Part shown: positions 24,654 through 39,600 of the stretch, in pieces
Numbering within the stretch: position 1 is the stretch's first letter
Layout of the letters: each line of letters opens with the position of its first letter
Source: Klebsormidium nitens
Taxonomy: Eukaryota; Plantae; Klebsormidiophyceae
Reading direction: 5' to 3'
DNA: 64,000 nucleotides
Assembly (NCBI GenBank): GCA_000708835.1
Contig: DF237033.1
Span: forward strand, 159,051 to 223,050
Program-made: the position numbers and the translations under genes
Notes under the pieces: model-generated
The model's input: only the letters and a program-made list of their open reading frames with translations
Databases searched by the model: none
What the model was told of the DNA's origin: nothing

Positions 24654-27600
24654 TCAAGTCTGACAGAATTCCTCGGCCTCCCCCTCGTCGATGTCGTGGG
24701 CGGCGTTCGGTTCCAGATGGCACAGCCGCACAGTGCCAATCGGTACCTCAGGCAACTCGTCCTCCGTGCTCCCCTGCAGATAGAACGGTGTTTTCCCTTG
24801 ATTTGAATGGATTCTCTAGGCTTCGGTGCACAACATTTAGGAATCCGGCAGTGAGCGCAGGGTCGGGAAGGATATACCACAGAATTGGATGAGATCTTGA
24901 GCTCATGCGCAGGTGTGTTTACAGGATCAAGGACGGAATTCAGAAGAGACTGGCGTCCGCTTACGACAACAGTTTCAGTCCTGTGACAATTGTGTAGGCA
25001 TGCAGTCAGGACCAAGCAAGTAGGAACGAATCAAGACTCACATTCCTGCACAACCTGGTAGTGTTTACACTTCTCCAACCGCCCTTTCCTCAAGAACGGG
25101 TGAAAACAAAGAAATATGGTTCTCGACAAGACCGGACACGAGTTTTGGGCCTCTAACCATGGCTGATTATGGGCTGGTTTAAAATCTATTTACTTGTCCA
25201 TGACCAGACTTGGGGGCGGTAACCAGCCTAAAACCAAGGTTAGGGCATGGTTAATAGTCCATTATCCTGGAAAACGGGTCTGGTAAAACCCTGGTTAGCA
25301 ACAAAACTTTCCTCTTAGTATTAACTCACCTGCACTAGGAAGGCCATGTCGATGACCAGACTTCGCACGTACCCCAGCACGAACCGCACCACTCCGTTCG
25401 CGACCGTCGACGACCCAATATCGATATCAATCTCCAAATAGTTCTCCGCCTTGTGATAGTCCACTTTCAGCGCACTCGCCACGATCAGCGGCTTCGTGCC
25501 GACAGACCGTTTCACAACCCACGCGCCTTTCGCGATACTCGGAATGAGCTTGAAGCGCGAGTTTCGGAAGGAGTCGGTGCCGTAGACGAAGCGGCCCAGG
25601 AGGGAGTCCTTTTCGGGGGAGTCCACGCAGGCGTAGTAGAAGCACATGGAGTACTGCTGGGTGGCGGGGACCTGCGAAATAGGGGGTAAAATCTGAACCG
25701 GTAGGAGGAGGGGGGGGTGTTAGAACATACGGGGGAGTTCCTTTTGGGGGGGTCCTCGCAGGCGTAGTAGAAGCACATGGAGTACTGCTGGGTGGCGGGG
25801 ACCTGTGAAACGGGGGCGAATCCAAGTTAGAGAGGGGGGGCATCCCGAGGAATCTCAAAGAGGGGGGGTGTTGTAGAAGCACACGCTGGGTGGCGGGCAG
25901 CTACGATATGGGGGTTGGTTCCTTATCGTCGTAGGAAAGGGGGGGCCTGTTCAAGAATGAAGTCGCTCCCGGGGAGGTGGTAAAAGCACATGTTACGGAG
26001 CAGAAAGCCGTAGGCGTTCAGCACGTCGTACGTGTCTGCTGCCAAATCGGACAACTTTTAGAAATTACGAGTCTGCAGTGAGCTTGTGCGAGGCCGTCCG
26101 CCTTGGAAGTCGAAGAAGAGGAACGAGACGACTTCGCGACTAGGGCCGTTACGGTTTCCCGTTGGGATGATTGGACCAACCAACATTCTTGCGTGTGCTC
26201 CCGAACCCTTAGTCCAGCGTCAAGGCCGATGAACAATCTGAGAAGGATTACTCATTGATTGGATTGAGCCGGCGGGTTACTGAAGGTTGACGATAGTTGG
26301 GATACTTTTCAGTGTCATTGGACAGACCAGAATTTGTGGTCACGTTTCAGATTGTTCTAATCAGTCTCAGACCGGATGCATCATCTAAGACTTATTACCT
26401 TGGCAAAGGGAAAACCCGAGTCTGCAGTTTTACCTGGAGGTTGACAATCAAGAAGAAGGGCATTGGATTCTCGGGATCCTTCCGCGCCTTCTGGATGGCG
26501 AACTGCACACACGAGTCGGGGCGCGCTGCCACGTGGTCGATGCGCTCCCGCGAGGTGAGCCAATCGGTGGCCACGAGATGCATGTGGCACGAGTTGGCGG
26601 GGATCTGTAATGCAAATAGAAGACTACATGGACTTGATCCAAACAAGTCCAAAGACAAGAACTACCGGTGGCCGGAACGAAGGTACTATTGGTTGGATTC
26701 AATGCAAGGAGACTTCCAATCAAGGCACGGAAAGAGCTACCGGCTGATTCGGAAGCGAAGACTGCACTTGATAGAGCTAAAGAGACCACCGCTGAACCCG
26801 AAAGCGACTACTGGTTAGAATCCAAGTGATGACAGGTTAGTCGAAGGAGCAGATAACCGGTCAAGGCCAAAGATAGAGTCTACCGTCTGACCCGAAAAAG
26901 GGCACTTTCGCTCAAAAGGGGAGGTCAAAGCACCGCTTTTCTCGTAAATAGAGACTAACGAGAAAAGTAAAAGAAGACAAAACCGGTCAACCCGAAGAAA
27001 GAAACCACCGGTGAACCCCAAAGAGAGGGACCACCAGTAGCTGGAAGACTACCGCTTCTTCCAAAGGAGAAGACCAGTTGGTTAACTGCAACAACGAGAT
27101 CACCGGTTACGCCAGGGAAAGAAAGATGACCAACAGGGCGATACGATTGAACGCCCCACCTTGCGCTTGTCGCTGAGATACGTCTTGCTCCGCACCGGAA
27201 AGTGGTGCGGTTCCGGTTCCGCCCAGCTGTTCACTCCGTCCTCCATCGGCCCATACGACAGCGTACCGGAAAACTGCGACGGGTCCAGCGTGCTTGGGCG
27301 CGGAACCGAAGGGATCCCTGTGGAGGGAACATACGCGGACGGGGCCGGGGCATAAGCGGGCTCGGCGGGCTGATAAGCGGCCGAGTCGGGTCCATAACCG
27401 GAGGAGAGGAGCCGGGAACTGAACGATGGGGGCGAGCGTCGGAGATACGAATCGTCGAGGGACGGGCGGCGCTTGAGGGAGGTGAGACCTGAGGTCAACG
27501 AACCGAGCGAACGGCCATCAGAAAGCGCGTTGTATCTTGACTCTTTGTCAGACCCTCGACTCTGTTCTTTTTGTGTAGTGGAAGACGAACGGGGGATCAC

Positions 27601-30600
27601 GAATGGAGCAAACCGGTATCAGAAAACGCAAAGTGGCTTAGCTGTTTGTCGAAGTTTGTTTGCGTTCGCTTTTCACATTCCATTGACGAGAGAGGTGAAG
27701 GCCTGGATTTCGAGCAAGCAAACGCCCTCCATCAGAAAGGGCCTTGTGTGTCGTTTCTGCCTGTCCGACCCTGTCTCTGAACTACGTTCCCTCATCTGAC
27801 AGGAGCGAAAATGGGGCTACTTGACAATCAAGCAAATGCCAATCCAAAAGCGCCAAGGCCTTCCGACTTACGCGCGCAGAAAAGTCTCGCGACTAACGTG
27901 CAATATAAGAAGCTTCTTGCGGTGCGCAGGGAAAAGAGCCTTTGAACTTAAGAAGCACCAAACAGAAGCCCTTCTTCTTACGTTCAGAAGCTCTCAATCA
28001 GAGCGTAGTAAAATTGTCCTCTAGCGTTCTAACTTCAAAAGCTCCCTAAGCATCTCGGGATTCGGCAGATATGAGCCCCCAAACAAAGTGATAAATAACT
28101 CATGTGATAACAAGCAATTGAACTTACGCAGGGAACGCGGATCGAAGGGCGTCGATTCGTAGCTGGAGACAGACGGCGTCGACAGTGAGGACGTCGAAAT
28201 GGAGAAGGAGGCGCTTCGAGGCACGGGCTTAGTGACAATGGGTATCTGCGCAAAAGCGGGGTCTGTGTATTTAAAAATTCCATAACTTTTAGGGTTTAGG
28301 GTATAAAGGATTCACGGATTGCGGTTTGAATTACAGCTTCGAAGGCACGGCGGTTGTCGAAAAGGAGAAGAAGGCGCTTCGGGGGGCGGACTTGGAGACA
28401 GTGGGGGTCTGCGTGGAAAGCGGAGGGCCTTTGTTTGCGTTTTCGAACGTCGGAGATTTTGGAACTTAGGACTTCGAAGTTGGACGTTCAGGCGTAGGGG
28501 ACGTTGTTGCTTCAAACGGGCGTTTCAGAGAAAAACACGGCGACAATCTCAGGGCCTGCTTGAGTGAGACACGTTCATCGATTTCATGCTTCAGCATTCA
28601 GTGTAATCTTTTCGGACTGGGGTTCCTGACTTCAAGGTCAGGGGTTTTTGACACTTTGTGTTAAGGACGGACGGAGTGCCATCCGTTCCGTCGAAGCAGA
28701 GGCGCTTCGGGTTACTAACAAGGATGCTTTTAAAGCCAACCAGCCACCGATTGTCAACGACAAGTCTTGAAACAATCTTCTAGGCACTCGACTCTCCCCC
28801 AAGTGGGTTTGCTTCTGCGCTTATGTTCGGGCTTGGTCGCAACGTTTCTGGCGCCACGATGACGGCGGGCTCGCTCTTCGTCTATCAACTAGAACTCACC
28901 ATACAGAAGAAAAAGAACACATATGAATGCACAACACAAAAGAAGACGAAAAACATACAACACTTGTCATTCAGAATGTTCACAGCGGTTCGTGAACTTT
29001 GCGGTCGGTCGTCGCGTTTCTGGCGCCTCGATGACGGCAGGCTCGCTTTTCGGCTAGCCACAAGTACTCAGTACGGAACACAAGAACAGAAACAGGAAAC
29101 AGGACCCACAACGGAACATAACAGAAACAGGACTCACAACATACAACAACATAAGAGAACAACCAAGATTCTAAATTAGAACGTTGGCAGCAGTTCGCGA
29201 GGCTTACTTTTGCGCTCGGTCGCGGCGTTTCCGGCGCCACAATGACGGCGGGCTCGCTTTCCAGGCTGGCCGGAACCTGTAGCAGAGTGGTCACGGCTTC
29301 CCGCGACGTCTGCTGGAACAACTCGCGGATGCCTGCAGAAAATGGCGAAGAAGGTTTGCAACAAATTCGCTTCTTGGTGCTCTTCTTCTTATTAGTTCTT
29401 TGAACAGCTTAGTAAATACACAGCGTGCAAACCCGTTTCCAGAAAACAGAGAAAAGGGACCTAGTACGTCAACACGTCAACGCCGACTTTGGAAGCATGC
29501 TTGTTCGGTAATGCAGGATCGGAGATTGCGCGCAACATCAGCGGAGCGGCCTTTCTGACAATGAGTCACAGAAGCCTGCAGGAAAGGGACGACCAAATCT
29601 GAAGGTGGCTACGTATTTTGTGTAACGCTTTACATTACCGCGTTCCCCGCGCAACCTGCCAGATTTGGTGGCGAAGTTAGTGACGGTAACTGGATTCGTT
29701 TCCAATCAGAGTCAGCAACCTTAAGACGACCTTAGAACCGGTAGCATGCTCAATGTTCTCCTTCCAATAGCCTTAGGTCCAGGAAGTGCCGAAGGTATTG
29801 GCTAACAGGGTGCACGTCGAAATAGGGCCCCTCGCGAATCTGAGCCCTCATCCCTGACGGAACCCCTGACGTCACCAGATCTCTCCAAGGTCACGGCAAC
29901 CTCTTTAAAGAGCCCTCCTATCTTAATAAAAACAGGGATAGTGGCGTCCAAAAGAGCAGCAAAATGGCAGTTGTGCCAGAATACGTCCTTGCCGCCGTCC
30001 TCGCCAGTCTCGTTGCCATCTCTGTTACGCGATTGGGAATCATGACCGTTTGCTAAAAGAGGAAAGAGAACCTCAGAGGCACGAGAAGGAGGGACAGACC
30101 CAGCAATGATCTCAAGAGACAGCCCGGCAATTTCATACCGTCAATTTTGCCCATTTCTGAGGAAGATTAGCAGCATTCGTAGGGCCATTGTAAGCGACTT
30201 TACAGGGCAACAGGTCTCTGGCAATCAGAATCGAAAGCAACCTATGCCATAAAAGCCTTTCGGCACACTCTCCCTCTTCCTCGCCAGACATCTTGACACC
30301 GCAACATGGGTCTGAAGCCAGACTCTTCAGCCTCAAAGCACAACACTCCATAGAACAATTATACCCGAAAAAGACAATCGGCAATGCCAAAATGAAATGC
30401 AGCTCGTGAATCATCTACCCTCGCCAAGTCTCCTGACCTTAAAGAACACTTCAATTGGCTTGGCAAAACAGTAACATTCTGCAAAAAAGAGGGGGCGCTT
30501 TCAAACACGGTGAGAGCCACAACTGCATGCCACCGACGCTGCCTGGGTAAGATCCACGTCATCTTCAGAACAATTCCGCTGACAATCACGAGCAATCCAC

Positions 30601-33600
30601 ACGCCTCGAAAACACACCTTCGCTAGCACACTTGGCTGTCAATGCAGGCCAGGGGCGACTAGAAAGCATGGACGGGGTTGACTGAAGGTGGACACTTGGG
30701 GTTCAAGATGCCCTCATCCCCGCCACGTGTAGAAAGCTCATGTGTTCCACGTCATGCTTATATACACCATAGAAGTCAAGCTTGGTGGCACTCTGGGCAA
30801 ACTGCAATCCCAACAGCAAGCGGTGCAGTTTCAAAGAATCCAGCACTTCGGTGCCCTCATCCTGGCCAATTGTCCCACCAGGTCGAACAAAGTTCCAAAG
30901 AGAGTGCAGGACGCCTAAGCAAAATAAAGACTTTATATAGGACAACCTGAGGCCAGGAACCAGCGTTCCCAAATCATGTTTTTGCACTTGGGTTCCTTCA
31001 CGTGGCCCCGAGTGTAGATAGAACAAAGCAAATTCGTATTTCCCGCAAGTAGCGATTGGATAGGGTCTCCTCATTGCTGTTACTTTGATGAAAATGTGGG
31101 GACTGATGATGGGCACTCTATTGCCTCGCATCTCGTTGCAAAACGCACAACACATTTCGCCTGTATCAAGGAACCCTCTTACGCCAAACATGGCACCTGT
31201 GGCAATCAGAGTACTTGGAGGGTTAGCGCCAAATCAAAACTGCAGCACTCCATGCCTTCATCCCCGCCACAGCTTATGTCAATGCTAGGGACTCCGCGAC
31301 TGTACGTCCGTTTAACTTTGTCCTCCGAACACTTTAACGGTCAATAACAACTTTGAATGATTGCAAACAGCATTCCTGTCACAAGAAACGATGAAAGGAC
31401 TGTGCTCAATGAAAGCACGCCTCGTTTGGAACTGGAGCGGCCACCACTTTCGACTAATGGCACAGTCCATCTTTGTGAGAGGCTTAGGCACATCGGAAAC
31501 GAATGACAAGATTTTCGGGCAAGGAGGAGATATGGTCGCAACACCCCGACAGAGGCTGCGGCCGGTTGAACGGCTCGCAATAGCATGCTTGGGAAAAGAC
31601 GATTGGCACCTTGGGTCGGTGTTCGCTGGCCGAAATCAGGTGATGGACCAGATGGCAGCTGTGCTTTTCAAGAACCTGCGGAGTTACGGCATATTGTACA
31701 GTACTTGAAAAACTTAGTCCCAGCGTTGCCAAAATACTCAATAATGGGGTCTTCGGATCTGCCTGTGATTGCTAAATTGAGTGTCCAGTGACGATCTTAC
31801 GAAAACTCGATTAGCACCGCACTTGGAATGTTGGCATCATGGCAGCACAGACGGAAATGGCCTCCGCCACCTCCGCAAACGCCCATGCCTCCCTGCTTTC
31901 GAAACGCAAACCCCTCAAACTTTCTGAACGAAGGCACGAAGCAGAACACCAAGAACTCCGCGAAAACAACAACGCCAGAATTCGGAATATAAACCGCAGC
32001 AGACAGCATCATGGCATCAGGGCAGTTGATGTGGCGCAGTAGCTTCCGCCAGCTCCACAGACCCTCGTCCTCGCCTGGTTCGCATTGCCAGTCCGTAGAC
32101 TCTCAACATAAGAAAACCAAAAAGGAGAAGCGAATGTGCGGAACATAGGACACAGCCCACGGGTTGGGGTTGGGCGGCTGCCCGCACGCAAAACCCAAGC
32201 ACTGAGGTAAGAAGAAGAAATCCAACGAGCGGAATATGGGGGACAGCTTTGGAACCGGGATCGGGTGAGATGCTTGCAGGTAGAGCACTCAAGGGGCAGT
32301 AGGCGGGATTCTGACAGTAAGGAACGGCGCTCTTGATCCCTTTCGATTCGGTCTTGAAAGGCTCAGCAAGCACAACGGTCGATTGTACAGTTTGGCGGCC
32401 TCCTTGGAGGAGCTTTAGGGCCCCCGCTTTCCCAAGCCTTGAAAATCTACGTGTTGCACACTCCCGCTCAGCAAAGTAATAAATGGTCGCGTCCTTTGTT
32501 TTAACACGTTTACACAGATTGATGGATGGCATCTTTGGTAAAACACGCCTCTCATTTATTTCCGAAGAAAGTTGCTCGGGGACTTCATCAGGCCATTTGC
32601 CGGAAAGAGCAAGCGACCGAGTCTCGAAATTTCACGACCGTTGATGACTTCATTGAATGAGCTAGAATGTCAAGCAGGGGTTTCAGGCTCTGGCCCTCAC
32701 AATGGCGGCAGAGTTCCGAACACAACGTTTCTCGTGGAAGCGAGACTCAAAAATCTGGCAGTCAGGTGCACACCAGCGTGCCCTGATCTTCCTTGAGCAG
32801 GCAACTAATGCTTCTCCTCCTTGCCCTTTGTCTTCATTTCCAAAAGTACACAGCTGACTCTGTAAACTACGTTTTCCAACTGCTGCAGCCGTGTCGCTTG
32901 ATGTCGAGCGGCTGGAAGAAGATTCACCTCAGACTTCAAACGCTCAGACTCGAGAATTACGACAGAGTAAATGACAACCAATTTGCCGTGACGAAAATAG
33001 CATCGGCCACTGGCTAATAGAGGCAATCTGAGAAGTCCTGTGGGTAAACGTCGGGAAAGGGTACCCGCACATTCCTGCTCTCATCACCACCAAGCATCAT
33101 TGACAACGGCAGAATCATTCCAGGGACGTCAAGTGCCAACGTTTTGTTCGAGAAAGTGTGAGCACGGCTCTCAGGTTGGGGGATAATTGGTGGCAACAAT
33201 GAGCGCTGCCAAGCCCCCATGGGCCAAAGACGCATGGGCACCCGAAGCGCACGTCCACACAACCAATGTCAAACTAAGTACGTCAGCCTGTTGCATGCAA
33301 GTAAAACCCTGTTGCAACCAAGACGGCTCAGTCTACACAAGACGACGGCGGTCAAGTAACATTCGTGAGAATGAAAACGCTGGATGCTCATTTCCCCGGA
33401 CCCGAATAGCCAAAAGGACCGTTCAATACCCTTCATCGTCAGTGGGGGAAAAGAAGCAAAGATCACATGCTAACGATTAGTGGCTGTCAACGGTTTAATG
33501 CCGCAGTTGTCAGATGGCACTCGGACTCATCCTTGCCACAGAATACTCCAACCGTACTACTTTAGGCTCGTTTGTTGAAGACAGTTGACTACTTTGGCGT

Positions 33601-36600
33601 ACTTTGCCTTCAGAACAAGATGTCAACCGGCTGTGCCCGATCGATGTTCAGGCGCTCGTATGGCCTCGTCATTGGCTAACATCTTCAAAATCGAGGCTAA
33701 ATCAAGACCATCGATTGCAACACTACGTGTGGAGTTAGAAGGAGACCACTGATCTGAATTTCACTTTCTCAGACAGTGGCAATCAAGAACATCGAAGACG
33801 ACTTTGCCTGGGAGGGCAAGTAGCGCATAATGTTTCCATCCTAGCCGGGAGTATCACTCGCAGGTACGATACATCTGCTTATGCCCACCAATAAGAGCGA
33901 CAATGGTCGGGGGCAAGCACTGAAGAACAAGACAACCAGGGGTGCAACAATCAACCCAAACGCCATCAGGATAATTTCCCTGCAACGATTACAGCCAAAC
34001 ACAGGTGGTATTGTGCAGATAGATTTCGACAGTTGCTTTCTGATCGCTTACTGGACAGGCGCAGACACGGCAAACATGCACCAGAAGTGACAAGAGAAGA
34101 ACACCCAACGGACCGAACATAAGAACACAGTATTGAAAACAAGATTTGGATCCGAAGGTTGCATGGTGAGCAAGACACGACGCTCCAAACAGCAAGGAAC
34201 GTGCTAGGTGCCTTTGGGACACTCATAGGTCCTCGGAGCAAGTCAGCCGCAGTACCGGAGCCTAAGATTTTGGTCGCCTAGATCCTGGGGAGAAAATTTA
34301 GGGCCCTGCCTCCACCGATTTTTATACACTCTCTATGAAAAGCGTACATTCCCGCTCAACTGGGAAAATATGGCGCTTTCCACACCCCCAAACAAAAAGC
34401 ACTGCCTGATGGGAATCGTTCAGAGCATCCTGAAGAGACAAGGGCTATACGTTTTTGAAGGGGGTCCCTCCGATTCCATTCAGCTCCATTGCCTTGAGGA
34501 ACAAGCGACTGAGCTCCAGATCTTTGCGACTATTGACACTTTCTTTTTCGCAAACTTAAGCAAGGTCTCGAGGTTCAGGCCCTTACAGCAGCGGATAAGC
34601 TCCGGAAAGAGAAGTTCTCGTGGGAAAGGGTAAACCACCGGCAGTCAGAAGAGGGCGATGGATCGTGCTCCAATCTCCTTCGAGCAGGCACACAGTCTGT
34701 CATTGCCGTCCGTCTAAGCTATACCGCTGACTCTACAGACTACGCTTATACAACGGCCGAAACCGTTCTCTCTTATCTTCGAGCGCTTCAGAGCCCGCCC
34801 TTCTTCTTCGACTTTGGGTCCTTGGATCTGTTTGGTCAAATGGATTGAGAAACAATCCTCCAAAACAATGAACATTGGCAACAGTCACTTTAGGGCAGTC
34901 TGAAGCTGGATGTTACGCAACCATGCGGAAAAAGGGCCCCGCACTTTCTCGTTCCAATCATCGCCAGAGGCTACTTAAAAGAGGCGAAAATCGTTGCTAT
35001 CAACAAGGTCAGATGGACCGTTTGTGAAAATGTGGCTGTGCATGGCAATCGAACACGTGGCAAATCAGCAAGCAGCGGTAAATTGATGCCAAATTTGGCG
35101 ACGGCCAACGATGCGCTGGCGTCGCATGTGCTCATCCTCACCACATGAACAAAGTGAAACCAAGACAGCCCATCACGCAGATCAAAAAAGACATTGGGAT
35201 GCCGATCTCAAACCTCCCACCACGGAAAACGCACCAAAAACAGCAACAGAAAGTGACAAGTCACATGTTTTCCGGGGAAATATTCGTTTCAATTGCCGCT
35301 AAAAGCGAACGAAAATGGAATAATACGCTTTCTGACGCACCGATCGAGCACTAGCAGCCGATGAACGACGCAAACCACTCACAACGGGAGGCTCTCATGT
35401 CCAGACTTGCTCAAGTGGCACTCTGGTGGCAGGTCGAACGCGTTGAAAGGAGCAATCGAGTTGCAGATCTTCGTGATCGTAAGTATTTTCTCCTACAGCA
35501 AAGATCTAGCAGGGGCCTCAATACCGGCGACGCCAGACCTCCAATAGGGAGAGGTCTCGAGAGCAAGAGAACTATTGGCAGTCAGTAAGCGGTCACCAAG
35601 CTTGCCCCAACACCCCCTGAGCAGGCACGCCTTTCCTCCTTGCCGTCCTCCTTCATGCTCCAAAACGTTCAATTTATGACTCCGTACCAGATTCATCGAA
35701 TTACACAGCAATGGCTGCTTGTTCTCAAGCGGCGTCGAAAGCCCACACCTCTTCTCTGTGTTTGAGCCCTCACATTCGTTCACCAGATCCGCCCGTTTAT
35801 GCATTATACACTTCTCTGAAGCTTAAAAGCACCGGCAAAACAAAGACTTTGATCAGGGCAGTCTGAAGCAACTTTTGGAGGCATGCGAAATGAGATTTTC
35901 GCACATCTTCGCTCCCATCATCGCCAAAGTTTGTTGAAACAGGCGCCATACTTCTCATTGGACTAAAAGTCAAAGCATTTGTCGCAGAGAGGGCCCTTGG
36001 GCACTCAAAAGGGTGGCAATTAGTGAGCAGAAGGAGAACCGAGACCGAGATTGCGACTTCCGTTGTTTTCCTTGGCACCGCATGAGCTCGTCCTCACCAC
36101 AGAAATATCAAGGAAGCTGCCTGAGCCCATGCACACTACCTGAAAACGCCCACGATGCAGCGCACATCATGTCTGCTGCAAGACAGTCTCAGAAGCAACT
36201 GTCACAAGAACATTGAAACGAAGCTCTGAGTCACGTTCCTTTTTTGGTCAATCTCCTGCTGGTCCTAGGTTGCGACCTGATTGTTGTACCAAGCTTCGTG
36301 GCACGAACAACCAGGACAAGCGCCGCTGAAACCGACATTATTGTTGTATCATAAGCAACATGCAGAACTGTTACGGTCGTCTCATTTCGTGTCTCCAACC
36401 ATTCAGTACAGGCTTACACCAGACGAGATTTGATAGCAGCCCAAACCAACAAAGGATTAGACGCTTGGCTCAACGTCGCAAATCTTGTCCGTGGCAAATG
36501 GACAACCACTTGCGGCAGACTCTCTTTGCCACCTGGCCGGGCACAGTGCTGAGTAGTCAGACGAATGGCACATCGAGGAATTACAGAAGACGCAAACAGC

Positions 36601-39600
36601 CGCCTCTCAAAAGTGACAGCTAAGTAGAGCTGATGCCCCTTTATGATAGGTCAGTGTCAAGTACGAGTAATAGCGAAAAGAACCTTGATCCAGCAGTCCG
36701 AACATACAGTGTACGAGCATATCCAGCCAAAAATCTGATATCCTTGCCGGTTGCAATCACTCCAGCGGGCGTCAAAGTGAAACAGCGGATTGTCGGAGCA
36801 AGCGGCCCTGCTACATGTGGCGAGGAACCGCACTAGTCGACACGATAAGTCCGCCCTTTGGTCATTCAGTCTTTTCCCGTATGACACACAAAGGTGTTGC
36901 ATGTAAGCGGCAGGCAGGAGTACAGCCGCAATGAAACAAGCAAGGAAGTCAAGACCTTCGTGTTGTCACCAGCAGAACAGTGCAGAAACATGCAGGAGCC
37001 GAAGCGAAACTCCGGACATCAACAAAGTGTACCGTTGCCTTTTCCCACCACTGCGTGACAAACTGACATCGTGTCCATTCTGAGCAACTCTACAATCTAT
37101 TGGACCACAAGGAATTCGTGACAGGTGTCTATCCATCCAAATCGTAGCACGGCTCTCCGAGGAACCCACAGCGTGTACTCTGGTTTTTCTTGAGCAAACA
37201 AACAGCCTTGTCATTGCCACCTTATTACGTTGCCAAGGAGTTATTCGACCAAGTTCGTCACAAGGTCCTCCCGATTGCTGCCCCACGCCAGGCAGAGGCG
37301 AGCTTGTTTCTCCAGTCAAGGTGTCAGGATTACAGTTTTTCTACGGTCAAGATGGAAGGAATACTCGAGGGCTTCTTCCGAGCAACTTGAAAGATTGCAC
37401 TGTCATCTCCATCAGCCATGATTCCCAGTGACAAAAGACTTCGACTGTACTGTCAAAGCAAGTAGGTGCTGCTTGCAATTGAAGCACGCAAACCGCAGAA
37501 CAAACATGACCGTCAAAGCTAGACTGAGAAAGATGTGAGACCGAAATTCCGACACTTTCTCGCCCCTATCATGGCCTTCGGATCAAAGCCACCAAGTATC
37601 TCTCAAACCTAAGGAACACAAGTGCTGAAAAGACGTGCTTGCAATGCACACAGGACGGGGGTCAATAAAAGGCACGAAATCTGCACTGCCAGATTCGGAA
37701 CTTTGGGCACTTTCTTGCCCTTATCATGTCCGAACATCAGCAAAACGGGGTCAAAGAATTCTTGAACTTCTTTTGAGCGCTTAGCGCAGAGTCGGTCTTG
37801 AAAGCGAGGCGCAAGAAGGTTTGTCTGTCCCATCAAAGAAAGTTTGCACTGCCAATCAAGTGGAGTATGGCAACCAAGGAAGGGGTCAAATAGAAAAGCA
37901 GCATGTCAAGTCTCCAGAAGCGACCACCGGGTTCATATGACGCATGCCTGGTTCCTCAAACCGTGATTACTCGACCGACAGGGACCTCAAATACCACGGC
38001 CGACTTCAATCGTACGCATTTCCTGACAGATCAAGAAGGTACGATAATGTGTAGAAGGGCTTTGTATCGTGTTAAGGTTGACTCAACGGCTACACGAGCC
38101 ATACTGTCAGAGAATACTGGAACAGAGCTTCGCAGTCTTGGCAGCAGCAGACGTCCCTGGCAGTCTTGAAGGCACCAAATTCCCTGCCTAACGTAAGCAG
38201 GTATCTTTGTCATCCTTGCCATACGTCCCTGATTCCAAAAAGGCCCAAAAGCATCCAGTCGCCCGATTGGCCAGTGACACGGTCAAAGGAAGAAAGCTGT
38301 TCACATGGCCGAAAAGCCGGGTCATTCGAGTTAAGCGAAGCCATGATGACGTCAGCAGCTCAACAGCCATTTGCGTGAGGAGCAAAAGGTGGAAGGCGGA
38401 CGGGATGCGAAACACATGGCGCAACTTTCTTTCCCCCCAAAGCTGTTTGCTTAAACTCTCAGGCCAAACCTTCGAAGCTGGTATTACGACGACGTCAGCT
38501 CACCTGCGACACGCATCAGCAGTGGGAGGTGGAAGGCGGCAGTTATGCCATTCACGTAGCGCAACCCCATGCGTTCGCCAAACAAGCTGGCCCAAGTATA
38601 GAACTCGAAGCGTCTCGTTAAGAGAGTTGCAAGGGATCACGTCACGATGACGTCAGCTCACCTGCAACTCGCATCAGCATCGGGAGGTGGAAGGCCGCGG
38701 GGATGCCGAACATGTGGGGCAGCCAACCGCAAGGGTCCAGCTCCAGGAGGTGGATCACCAGAGATTGGGGCGTCGCTGACTCCCGACTGGACTCCGTATT
38801 AAGCGGAGAGATGATAAAGCTTCCCGCTGCAAGAAGAGGAGGTAAGATTACTCTTTGCTTACCAGAAACTCGGAATTGAAGAAAGATGTCCTCGAAGAGA
38901 AAGGTTTGTGTCCAGAAGATGGATCACCAGAGACTGGGGCGTCGCTGACTCACGACTGGACTCCGTGTTGAGTGGAGAGATGATGAAGCTCCCCGCTGCA
39001 AATAAGAGCCAACCGGTTCATGATCGTTGAAGGTTATCCTGGTTTGAGAGAGATTCCTCCGTGAAAGGGTCCAACTCCAGGAGGTGAAACTTAGTGTTTG
39101 GGGGCGTCACCGATTCCCGACTGGACTCCGTGTTGAGTGGAGAGATAATGAAGCTCCCCGCTGCAAGAAGTATCGTTCGTTTCACATTTTGATCACGGAA
39201 GTCTTGGGTTTAGAATAGTTCTGAAGTGGAAAGTGGAAACGGCAGGTGAATCACCAGAGACTGGGGCGTCGCGCATTTCCAACTAAATTCCGTGTTGAGC
39301 AGAGAGATAATGAAGCTCCCCGCTGCAACGAGAAAGCCGGATCTCATTCGATTACAACAGATCCGGACTCGAAGAAAGATGGCCTGTGCAGGAAAGTTGA
39401 GGCTCCGGAATATCACCAGAGACTGGGCAGTCATCAAATCTCGGCTGGACTTTGTGTTTGAGCGGAGAGATGATAGAGCTTCCCGCTGCAGAAAGAGTGG
39501 TCACAAGTCGATCACGGAAGTCTTGGGTTTAGAATAACTCCGAAAGTGGAAAGCACCAGTAACGGCAGGTGAGTCACTCAGAGACTGGGCCGTCGCTGAT

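Noticed and set aside
29400-38600. Nested gene or autonomous transposon in the long intron (ORFs such as 32017..32532, 30703..31191)
   Set aside because: No RT, integrase, transposase or other domain motifs recognised, and no LTR/TIR pair found.
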